IMG/VR virus record: IMGVR_UViG_3300045988_141000
Direction: 5' to 3' (one strand)
Length of the DNA stretch: 50,185 nt
From: a virus
Shown here in pieces: positions 7,929 through 14,641 of this stretch. Every line of letters starts with the position of its first letter. Position 1 is the first letter of the stretch. The position numbers and the translations under genes are program-made. Under the pieces are notes generated by a model. That model had not been told where the DNA came from. It made no database searches and was given only the letters and a program-made list of their open reading frames with translations.

Positions 7929-7957
7929 GGGGACGGGAAACCGTCCCCTTTTTTTTT
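7929..7957 (+). terminator. rho-independent terminator
   Basis: GGGGACGG-GAAA-CCGTCCCC followed by T9. Confidence 0.85.
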
Positions 7958-8047
7958 ACGCCTGCGATGCCTCCGGGCGTGCCAGAACTGGTGCTTTTCG
8001 AAGTCGTTGCATATGGTGGAAGTGAAGAAAATCCAAGGAGGCGATCT

Positions 8048-8509
8048 ATGGAAAAAGGGTTTGTGCAGACGTTCATCGACTACATGTCGTTGCTCGTACC
8101 TGCTAAAGGGGAGGCGTATCTGATGGTCGTTTCAGGGGCTGTCGGAAGCGCACTGGCTTGGGCGCTAGGAGGGATTGACCTGCAGTTGCAGTGGCTGTTG
8201 ATGTTCGTCGCCGTGGACTACGTGACGGGGACCATCGCTGCAGGAAAGACCGGCGAGTGGAACAGCCGTGTCGGCTTTCGAGGGCTTTTCAAAAAGGTTT
8301 TCATTTTCGTCGTCGTTGCGCTGTCGCATGGGCTTGATGTCATCACAGGCACCGAGATGCTACGCAACGCTGCCATTGTGGCTTACGCCGTGAATGAGCT
8401 CGGCAGCACGCTTGAGAATCTCGACCGCCTTGGCTTCGGCGGCATGATCCCAGGCTTTCTGCATCGAGCGATTAAGGAAATTAAAAGTAGGGAGGTTGTC
8501 AAAAAATGA
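8048..8509 (+). CDS. holin (phage_holin_4_1 / toxin-secretion holin type)
   Basis: ATG 8048 with AAGGAGG 6 nt upstream; multiple TM helices; VAVDYVTGTIAAGKTGEWNSRVGFRGLFKK...NELGSTLENL matches the family pattern; overlaps endolysin start (ATGA). Confidence 0.75.
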   Translation: MEKGFVQTFIDYMSLLVPAKGEAYLMVVSGAVGSALAWALGGIDLQLQWLLMFVAVDYVTGTIAAGKTGEWNSRVGFRGLFKKVFIFVVVALSHGLDVITGTEMLRNAAIVAYAVNELGSTLENLDRLGFGGMIPGFLHRAIKEIKSREVVKK

Positions 8510-9051
8510 GTAAGAAACTGACTATCGTTCTGGACCCTGGGCACGGCGGGACCGATCCGGGGGCTGTGAATGGTCGCTACAAAGAGTCCGAGGCGACCTT
8601 GGGTATCGCAAACAAAATTGCGGACAAACTAAAGGCGAAAGGGCATCGCGTTGTGCTCACTCGAACGAAGGATCAGGCGCTTCTGCTTCAACAGCGATGC
8701 GATATTTCGAACGCAGCCAAGGTGGACGCGTTTATTTCGATCCATTGCAATAGTGCCGAGAACAAGGACGCAAGCGGAATTGAGACGTTCAAATATCCGG
8801 GGGTCGGAGGCGTGACGAAACGCCTTGCTGAAAACATCCAGAACGGTCTAGCTTCAAACTTTCCTGAAGAAAAAGACCGAGGTGTCAAGGAGGCGAAGTA
8901 CTACGTTCTGAAGCGCACGAACGCACCGGCCGCACTGGTGGAGGTTGGCTTCATCTCACACGATCCGACAGCCGAGAAATTGTTCAGGTTCAGCTACCAA
9001 GACAAGCTCGCACGAGTAATTGCCGAGGGAGTTGAAAAAACTTTTTCTTGA
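8506..9051 (+). CDS. N-acetylmuramoyl-L-alanine amidase endolysin (Amidase_3 type)
   Basis: LDPGHGGTDPGAV, ISIHCNS, GIETF, VEVGFISH motifs. Confidence 0.85.
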   Translation: MSKKLTIVLDPGHGGTDPGAVNGRYKESEATLGIANKIADKLKAKGHRVVLTRTKDQALLLQQRCDISNAAKVDAFISIHCNSAENKDASGIETFKYPGVGGVTKRLAENIQNGLASNFPEEKDRGVKEAKYYVLKRTNAPAALVEVGFISHDPTAEKLFRFSYQDKLARVIAEGVEKTFS

Positions 9052-9109
9052 GCCGAATTTCAAAAATTCTTGTGACCTATAAGGGTTTACGATATACTAA
9101 TTAGGCATG

Positions 9110-9344
9110 CAGAGAATTACGCGGGAAGTGACGCGTAAGTGACACGAGAACACGAAAACCGCGTCACACCGGGCTTTGTCCGACTAATCAAGTTACTGTT
9201 GTAGTAAATTCTGTAGCGTCCTACAAGACACGAGAAAAGCCCCTGAAACCTACGTACGGCGCGGTTTCTGGGGCTTTTTAACTTTCAGAGAATTACGGGA
9301 AAACGCCCTGTTTTAAAGTGCGTAAGTGACACGTAAGTTACACG
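9110..9344 (+). repeat. attP-like region: two repeat clusters flanking a hairpin (candidate integrase arm-type sites)
   Basis: CAGAGAATTACG at 9110 and 9286; tandem 11-bp-period sites G(G/T)AAGT(G/T)AC(G/A)CG at 9124, 9135, 9322, 9333, all same orientation; adjacent to the integrase 3-prime end. Confidence 0.5.
9238..9279 (+). terminator. strong hairpin + T5 between the two repeat clusters
   Basis: AGCCCCTGAAACC / GGTTTCTGGGGCT, 12 of 13 bp paired, 12-nt loop, followed by TTTTT. Confidence 0.7.
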
Positions 9345-9395
9345 ACACGCCTAGAAAAAAGCCTTTCGGCTTGACTTTTCCAGTTCACTGAATTG

Positions 9396-10499
9396 TCACA
9401 CAACGTTCACTTGTAATTTGTCGATTGCGTCGATCAGGTCGGTAACGTCCTTGTGCGTATACAACTCTGTCACGTTCGAATTCGAGTGGCCGACGATCCT
9501 TTTCAGGACCACTGAGTTTGACGATACGCCGCAAGAATCCATCAGAGAAACGAACGTATGTCGGAGCGCATGAGGCGTGTGCGAGACGCCCAGGCTCTCC
9601 ATATACGGGTCGAAAAAGTGCTTCTTGTACTGGTCGTACTTAATAGGCTTGCCGTTCGCGTTTTCGATCAGGTGCTCGCCATCGAGGCGCTTTGACAGGA
9701 TCGGTGCAAGCTCTCGGTGGATCGGCACGATCCGGTCTGCGTTTTCGGTCTTTGTCCCGCGCACGTGGATGATGCGCTGCGCAAGGTCCACGTCTTCAGT
9801 CTTGACCCCGAGGAGCTCTCCTATCCGCATGCCGGTGTAAAGCATGATGAGCACAGTGTCAGCCAGCCGCAGTTCCGCGTAAGACTTCTTGCCAGTAGGG
9901 AATTGCACTGCGAAGTCTTGCGAGCCAAATACAGCGCCAAGCTCCTCTGCCGTGAAGAATTTTTCCTTCGCGGCCTTTTTCTTTTTGGGCGGTGTGATCA
10001 CCAGGAACTGCGAGTAGTCTTTCGTGACGATGTCGTTCTCGATGCAGTACTTGAACGCGTTTTTGAAGATCGATTTCACCTTGCCCTGACTCTCCTCCGA
10101 CATGTGATTCATGCCGTCGAGGATGTCCTGCATGTGGACCTTCTTGATGTCGGCCATCTGCATGTCGTAGAGCGGGGCGCAGCGCTTGTAGGCTGACCTG
10201 AGCCCGGCGGCGCTGCTCGGGTACTTCTTGAAGTGCGGCGGCGTCCAGATGTCCCAGACCTCAGCAAAGGTGAGCGTCTTTCTTGTGAGGTCGATTGGGT
10301 TCTGGTGGTACTCGGCCAAAGCGATCATCGCTTCTTTTCGGCTTGCGTAGTATCCAAGCGTGGACGTGAGCTGCTTTGCCTTTCCCGTCTCTTCGTTGAT
10401 CTCCCATCCGGTTGTGATTCGTACCCAGAAGGGCCGTCGGCGATTGCCGCTTAATTTTGAAATGTTTCCATAGCCGTTTGGCGCTTTAATTGTCATCAC
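9396..10499 (-). CDS. int: tyrosine integrase with N-terminal arm-type (AP2-like) DNA-binding domain
   Basis: GNRRRPFWVRIT...ETGKAKQ...GYYASRKEA arm-binding-type N-terminus; catalytic-type motifs YTGMRIGELLGV, HALRHTF, GHSNSNVTELYTH. Confidence 0.9.
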   Translation of the reverse strand: MMTIKAPNGYGNISKLSGNRRRPFWVRITTGWEINEETGKAKQLTSTLGYYASRKEAMIALAEYHQNPIDLTRKTLTFAEVWDIWTPPHFKKYPSSAAGLRSAYKRCAPLYDMQMADIKKVHMQDILDGMNHMSEESQGKVKSIFKNAFKYCIENDIVTKDYSQFLVITPPKKKKAAKEKFFTAEELGAVFGSQDFAVQFPTGKKSYAELRLADTVLIMLYTGMRIGELLGVKTEDVDLAQRIIHVRGTKTENADRIVPIHRELAPILSKRLDGEHLIENANGKPIKYDQYKKHFFDPYMESLGVSHTPHALRHTFVSLMDSCGVSSNSVVLKRIVGHSNSNVTELYTHKDVTDLIDAIDKLQVNVV

Positions 10500-10809
10500 C
10501 TTCTTTGAGGTGCTTGGTTTGATACTCCTTCAAGAAGTTCTCCATTCCAATGCGCTCGGTTTTCGATAGCTGCTTGAGGAAATCCGTCTGAACTGGCAGG
10601 CCTATCAGCAACGCAGGATTCACTCTCAGTTCGACGGCCATATCCCTGAGGATGTTTCGCTTGATGTTCGTGACCTTTCCGCTTTCCCATTTTTGGACCG
10701 CAGCGGCCTGCACACCAAGTCGCTCACCGAGTTCCGCCTGCGTCAGATTTCGAAGCATCCTCGCGCGTTTGATGATGTAGCCTATTTCTTTGTCGGATAA
10801 ATACTCCAT
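10486..10809 (-). CDS. XRE-family HTH repressor (CI-like) of module A
   Basis: ARMLRNLTQAELGERLGVQAAAVQKWESG HTH_3 pattern; 14-nt overlap with integrase start; divergent from Cro-like genes. Confidence 0.8.
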   Translation of the reverse strand: MEYLSDKEIGYIIKRARMLRNLTQAELGERLGVQAAAVQKWESGKVTNIKRNILRDMAVELRVNPALLIGLPVQTDFLKQLSKTERIGMENFLKEYQTKHLKEGDDN

Positions 10810-10835
10810 TAAACTCTCTCCCTTTGCTGTTATAA

Positions 10836-10867
10836 ATATCTAATTTAGATATATATCTAATTTAGAT
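10836..10867. promoter_or_regulatory. two tandem operators (ATATCTAATTTAGAT x2, 17-bp period) in AT-rich divergent control region
   Basis: ATCTA-N3-TAGAT inverted repeats at 10838-10850 and 10855-10867, 28 nt upstream of the repressor start. Confidence 0.6.
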
Positions 10868-11039
10868 CATTTAATTTATCAAAGCAAGAGAAACGATTAA
10901 CTTCCAAAAATTCACTATTGAACTCAATTGTCTTATTTCGTACTATTTTTTTGAAAGGCAGTGAGAGGCACCGTGCGATCATGCGCGATTTTTTTTAACC
11001 GCAACTGTCTAAAAAAGATGAAAAAGGAGATGTTTTCCA

Positions 11040-11225
11040 TTGAGAAACCTAACGGTGAACGATGTCGCTAAGGCGCTCAATAAATCGCCTCAGTACATCA
11101 GAATCTGCTTACAAAAGGGTTTGCTCCCGTTTGGTGCGGCCGCAAAAATGCCGCATTCCGGGCAGTGGACTTACGTAATTTTTCCGAAGAAATTCAAGGA
11201 ATATGTCGGCGATGAAGCCGTTTGA
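11040..11225 (+). CDS. small HTH protein (excisionase/Cro-like)
   Basis: TTG start with AGGAG 10 nt upstream; LTVNDVAKALNKSPQYIRICLQKGLLPF resembles MerR/excisionase-type HTH. Confidence 0.5.
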   Translation: MRNLTVNDVAKALNKSPQYIRICLQKGLLPFGAAAKMPHSGQWTYVIFPKKFKEYVGDEAV

Positions 11226-11433
11226 GAGAACTGCGTTGAAAAAGGCACGCAGGGAGGCAGGGTTCACGCAGGCAGAGCTGGCCGTGCTTGTCGGTTGCGG
11301 ACAGCAAACAGTCTCAAAACATGAGAGCGGAGTAGCGACACCGGCACACTTCAAGACGTTGCGAGCGTATGAGGATGTGCTCGGTGTTCCGGCTTGCGAG
11401 CTCTTTCCAGATGTTTTTGAGGAGGGGGCATGA
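11203..11433 (+). CDS. XRE-family HTH protein (Cro/antirepressor-like)
   Basis: LKKARREAGFTQAELAVLVGCGQQTVSKHESG; start may be the second ATG at 11212. Confidence 0.65.
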   Translation: MSAMKPFERTALKKARREAGFTQAELAVLVGCGQQTVSKHESGVATPAHFKTLRAYEDVLGVPACELFPDVFEEGA

Positions 11434-11500
11434 AAAATGCCCCGCCGTGACAGTTCGGCGAGGCTATCGAATGAAATGAGGGGAGGAATTTATCTCTAGT

Positions 11501-12001
11501 ATGACATCCCCAGATGAAAAATCAATAAAGCCTAGCGCGTCGGGCGTAAAGCACCATTTCAGCGTGTCGGTTGCCGTCGAGGTCGGCGTCAATGCCGCCG
11601 TTGTCCTTGAGAACATTGCGTTCTGGGTGCGGGCGAACCGCCGAGCCGGACGCCACCACCATGACGGGAAACATTGGACCTATGGGAGCACCCGGCACTT
11701 CGCCGAGCTTTTCGACTACCTGACAGAAAAGCAGGTGAGAGGGGCTATGGACAAGTTGATAACCTGTGGATATGTGGAAACAGGGAACTTCAACCGATCG
11801 GCATATGACCGGACCAGGTGGTTCACGCTGACCGAAAAAGGCGAGCGCGCGACCCAGGAGCGGCAGTCCGAAAAGCCGACAAAGGCAAAAGGTGCAGCCG
11901 GCAATGGGCGACCTATACCAGATAAAAACAAGAAATCGAAAACGGGATATATGACAGACTCAGCGGCGGGCGATTATCGTCGCGATCCTTTCGATTTTTG
12001 A
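11501..12001 (+). CDS. putative replication initiator / replisome organiser (winged-helix)
   Basis: AAVVLENIAFWV...HWTYGSTRHFAELFDYLTEKQVRGAMDKLITCGYV...RTRWFTLTEKG pattern seen in phage/plasmid wHTH initiators; directly precedes a DnaC-like loader. Confidence 0.45.
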   Translation: MTSPDEKSIKPSASGVKHHFSVSVAVEVGVNAAVVLENIAFWVRANRRAGRHHHDGKHWTYGSTRHFAELFDYLTEKQVRGAMDKLITCGYVETGNFNRSAYDRTRWFTLTEKGERATQERQSEKPTKAKGAAGNGRPIPDKNKKSKTGYMTDSAAGDYRRDPFDF

Positions 12002-12019
12002 GGGAAGGAATGAGAATGA

Positions 12020-12808
12020 ATGGCTTTGAGGGAAGTCGATCTTTCACACATTCGCAACGGGCGCACGAAGCCCGCAATCTGCACCAGGCATGGTGCATTT
12101 ACGGACACTGGCGTAACGATCCGCGACAGGATCATCTGGATGGGCTGTGCGCAATGTGCGCTTGAGGCCCGCGACCGTGAGAATGCACGACTCGCAAGAG
12201 AGGCAACGAAGCGCAGTGAGGCTGTGAAGGCTTGTCGCATCATTGGTGACGCAGCCATCCCGGAGCGATACCGGGGTCGCACGCTTGAAGGCTACGTCGT
12301 GTCGAATGCGGGCCAACGTGCTGCGCTTGAGGCTTCAAGGGAGTACTTGAAGACCATTACGCAGGCCGATGACAGTGGGGCGAACATGCTTTTCTACGGC
12401 ACGTCCGGGACTGGCAAAACGCACCTTGCTGTCGGTGTCGCGCAGGCGTTGATCGAGCACGGAGGCTCGGCACTCTATACGAGGGCGTCACGCATCGCTC
12501 AGAGAATCAAAGAGACATACGGTCGCCAGTCTGACAGGACTGAGCGCGAGGTTTATGAGTCCTTTGCTACGCCCGATCTTCTTGTCATCGACGAGGTCGG
12601 CAGACAGTTCGGAACGGATGCCGAGAAGCTGATGCTTTTCGAGGTTATCAACTCACGCTACGAGGCGCTGAAGGCAACGATCGTCATCAGCAACCTTTCT
12701 GGCGAGGCGTTGATTGACTATCTTGGCGAGGCGGCAATGGACCGGCTTCGAGAAGGAGGGCGTTCGGTGCTCTTTGACTGGACGAGCTACCGGCGCCGAG
12801 GATATTGA
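12020..12808 (+). CDS. DnaC/IstB-like AAA+ helicase loader with N-terminal zinc ribbon (copy A)
   Basis: Walker A GTSGTGKTHLA, Walker B LLVIDEVG; same architecture as ORF 25824..26636. Confidence 0.8.
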   Translation: MALREVDLSHIRNGRTKPAICTRHGAFTDTGVTIRDRIIWMGCAQCALEARDRENARLAREATKRSEAVKACRIIGDAAIPERYRGRTLEGYVVSNAGQRAALEASREYLKTITQADDSGANMLFYGTSGTGKTHLAVGVAQALIEHGGSALYTRASRIAQRIKETYGRQSDRTEREVYESFATPDLLVIDEVGRQFGTDAEKLMLFEVINSRYEALKATIVISNLSGEALIDYLGEAAMDRLREGGRSVLFDWTSYRRRGY

Positions 12809-12815
12809 AATACAT

Positions 12816-12840
12816 GAGACCCCTTTGCGGGTCTCTTTTT
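12816..12840 (+). terminator. rho-independent terminator
   Basis: GAGACCC-CTTTGC-GGGTCTC followed by T5; 8 nt after the loader stop. Confidence 0.8.
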
Positions 12841-12854
12841 GCATGGAGGCTTCG

Positions 12855-13265
12855 ATGAACTGGAAGTTTTTTGTGCCGCTCGGGCTTTTCGCTGCGGGCG
12901 CTGTCGGCGGGTACATGTACGCGTCCCACGAATACGGCGAGGAGATCGCTAACATCAAACTTGAGGCGGCGATCATTCGCGCCAATGACGGGAGGAAGTC
13001 CTATGAAAAACTGGTTGCGGCGCAAAACGCGCTTGATGCTTCTCGGCGCGATGCTGTGCGCCTCTCTGACGACCTTGACCGGGTGCGGCGTGCCTACAAA
13101 GATCGCGAGCGACGAGCCTCTGCCGACGCCTGCCGAGTGGAACGAGCCGCAATCGCCAGGTGCGAGGGACTTCTCAGAGAAAGCACAGAGCTTCTTGCAG
13201 AGGGTTCAGACCTACTTCAAAGAAACGCCGGAGTTCACGATGCAGCCGTGAGCCTGAACCAATGA
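12855..13265 (+). CDS. Rz: i-spanin (Rz-like)
   Basis: ATG 12855 with GGAGG 5 nt upstream; N-terminal TM helix WKFFVPLGLFAAGAVGGYMY then Ala/Arg/Glu-rich coiled coil; contains an embedded lipoprotein ORF in the +1 frame. Confidence 0.75.
   Translation: MNWKFFVPLGLFAAGAVGGYMYASHEYGEEIANIKLEAAIIRANDGRKSYEKLVAAQNALDASRRDAVRLSDDLDRVRRAYKDRERRASADACRVERAAIARCEGLLRESTELLAEGSDLLQRNAGVHDAAVSLNQ
13003..13251 (+). CDS. Rz1: o-spanin (Rz1-like lipoprotein) embedded in Rz
   Basis: ATG 13003 with GGAGGA RBS; signal peptide + lipobox LTGC (Cys28), Pro-rich mature part; entirely inside the Rz reading frame. Confidence 0.75.
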   Translation: MKNWLRRKTRLMLLGAMLCASLTTLTGCGVPTKIASDEPLPTPAEWNEPQSPGARDFSEKAQSFLQRVQTYFKETPEFTMQP

Positions 13266-13267
13266 AA

Positions 13268-13291
13268 AGCGCCGGTGGATGTCCCGGCGCT
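13268..13291. terminator. hairpin between convergent genes
   Basis: AGCGCCGG-N8-CCGGCGCT perfect 8-bp stem; A4 before, weak T-rich after. Confidence 0.5.
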
Positions 13292-13300
13292 CTGGCTTAA

Positions 13301-13558
13301 TTATTTTCTACGAGATCTCTTAGTTCTCTTTTTAGATGATGAACTGGCGCGTGTCTGGCCGCCATAGACGTCTGGGTCGCAGATTTTCTGGCTTCTGCTG
13401 AACTTGCCGTTATTGCACAGAAACCTTCCATCAACGCAGCGATCGACACCTCCCATCCGGCCTGAACAGGGGGCTTTTGCTGCCATGGCTTGGGATGAAA
13501 AGAAAGTCGTTGCTAGAAAGGTGGCAACAACGAAAACAGAAAATGTTTTTGCGCTCAT
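13301..13558 (-). CDS. small secreted Cys-rich protein with basic tail (moron)
   Basis: Signal peptide ...SSQAMA-AK; four Cys in [30 protein letters not shown]; C-terminus [14 protein letters not shown]. Confidence 0.6.
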   Translation of the reverse strand: MSAKTFSVFVVATFLATTFFSSQAMAAKAPCSGRMGGVDRCVDGRFLCNNGKFSRSQKICDPDVYGGQTRASSSSKKRTKRSRRK

Positions 13559-13576
13559 AAAGCTAAAATCAAGAGA

Positions 13577-14263
13577 TTACTTCTTGTCAATCGAAATGTC
13601 GTACTTGACTTCGGTGGGTTTGTGAGCCTTTACAGCGCTGGCAATGGCGTCGACATTAGCAACAGCCCCCAGAGCAATCAGCGGCGTGACGATTTCTTCG
13701 GGTTTCTTGTTGAGCTTTGTGGCAATTGCCTTCACGAGTGCAGGCTCATCAGTCGTACCGTCTGCTTTCAAGTGCTGGTTGCGCAAGCCTGCCCACAGGC
13801 GAACAATTTCTTGCTCATCCTTGGTTGTCGTGCGATCAGCGGCCATGACATCGTCCCAAGTCCACTTCTGTGAGCCATTGAATCCCTTGCCGTCCGTCGC
13901 ATAGTTGCATCGAGCGACGGCGATCTGTGCGGCCTTGATGCCGATCACGCGGTCAATAAGCTGAACAGAGGCTATGTCCGTAAGATTATGTTCGGCAAAA
14001 TACTTGGCAGCACCCATGCAGGTAGCGGCCAGGTTGGTTGAATTGACGGTTTGTGCCGGCTCGTTCAGACCGACGACAGCGTACGTAATGGTGCGAGTTC
14101 CTGCCTTAGTAGCTTTTTCTTCAGTGATGACGGCATAAGGGAGAAGTTCGAAGCTGACCTGTTCGACCGTTTTTTGCGCGGTTTTTTCTTCTTCTGACGT
14201 CTTTTCGACACAACCAGCCAAGACAGCGGCGGCGAGAGCGAGGGCAATGGCGATCTTTTTCAT
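13577..14263 (-). CDS. lipoprotein, unknown function (moron)
   Basis: ATG 14263 (GGAGA RBS) gives MKKIAIALALAAAVLAGC lipobox; the upstream part of track ORF 13577..14428 overlaps the next gene and is rejected. Confidence 0.7.
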   Translation of the reverse strand: MKKIAIALALAAAVLAGCVEKTSEEEKTAQKTVEQVSFELLPYAVITEEKATKAGTRTITYAVVGLNEPAQTVNSTNLAATCMGAAKYFAEHNLTDIASVQLIDRVIGIKAAQIAVARCNYATDGKGFNGSQKWTWDDVMAADRTTTKDEQEIVRLWAGLRNQHLKADGTTDEPALVKAIATKLNKKPEEIVTPLIALGAVANVDAIASAVKAHKPTEVKYDISIDKK

Positions 14264-14346
14264 AAGTTCTCCAGGAGGAATAGGACAGCGAAACGACAAA
14301 AGCGCGGAGGTGATCCGCGCGTAGATTTTCAAATTGTAACTTACTT

Positions 14347-14544
14347 TTAGGGAATGGCCTCGAGGCGGGCGGCAATTTCGTCGCGTTCGTCGCAAAGCGC
14401 CAGGAACGCCTTGACAAGGCTCCGCCATTCTACTTTTTTCCCGGCCGCGTAAGCGTCAGCAGCCTCGTCGCTCTTGAGATCGATGGCGAGTTCGAGCTGT
14501 TCGAGGGCTTTTTCGAGTTCGCGGCGGCTGGTGTTGTTCGTCAT
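14347..14544 (-). CDS. small helical protein, unknown function
   Basis: 65-aa ORF downstream of integrase B, same strand; no motif recognised. Confidence 0.45.
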   Translation of the reverse strand: MTNNTSRRELEKALEQLELAIDLKSDEAADAYAAGKKVEWRSLVKAFLALCDERDEIAARLEAIP

Positions 14545-14641
14545 GATTGTCTCCGGTGTTTGTGTTTTGGTGTGCTCATGTTCGCTCTGTACCTCGGAGA
14601 CAGCAAGTTGTAGTTAAACATTCTTGCTGTGAATCATTCTT

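Larger units (their letters stand above)
9052..12854. mobile_element. self-contained integration / immunity / replication module A inserted between endolysin and spanins
   Basis: att-like repeats, integrase, XRE repressor, operators, two HTH proteins, initiator-like protein and DnaC-like loader, closed by a terminator; all functions duplicated elsewhere in the genome; boundaries inferred from gene context only. Confidence 0.45.

Noticed and set aside
9052-12854. Direct target-site duplication flanking module A.
   Set aside because: Comparing about 60 nt at each boundary, I found only GCATG in common (9105-9109 versus 12841-12845), which is too short to mean anything. The boundaries therefore remain inferred from gene context.
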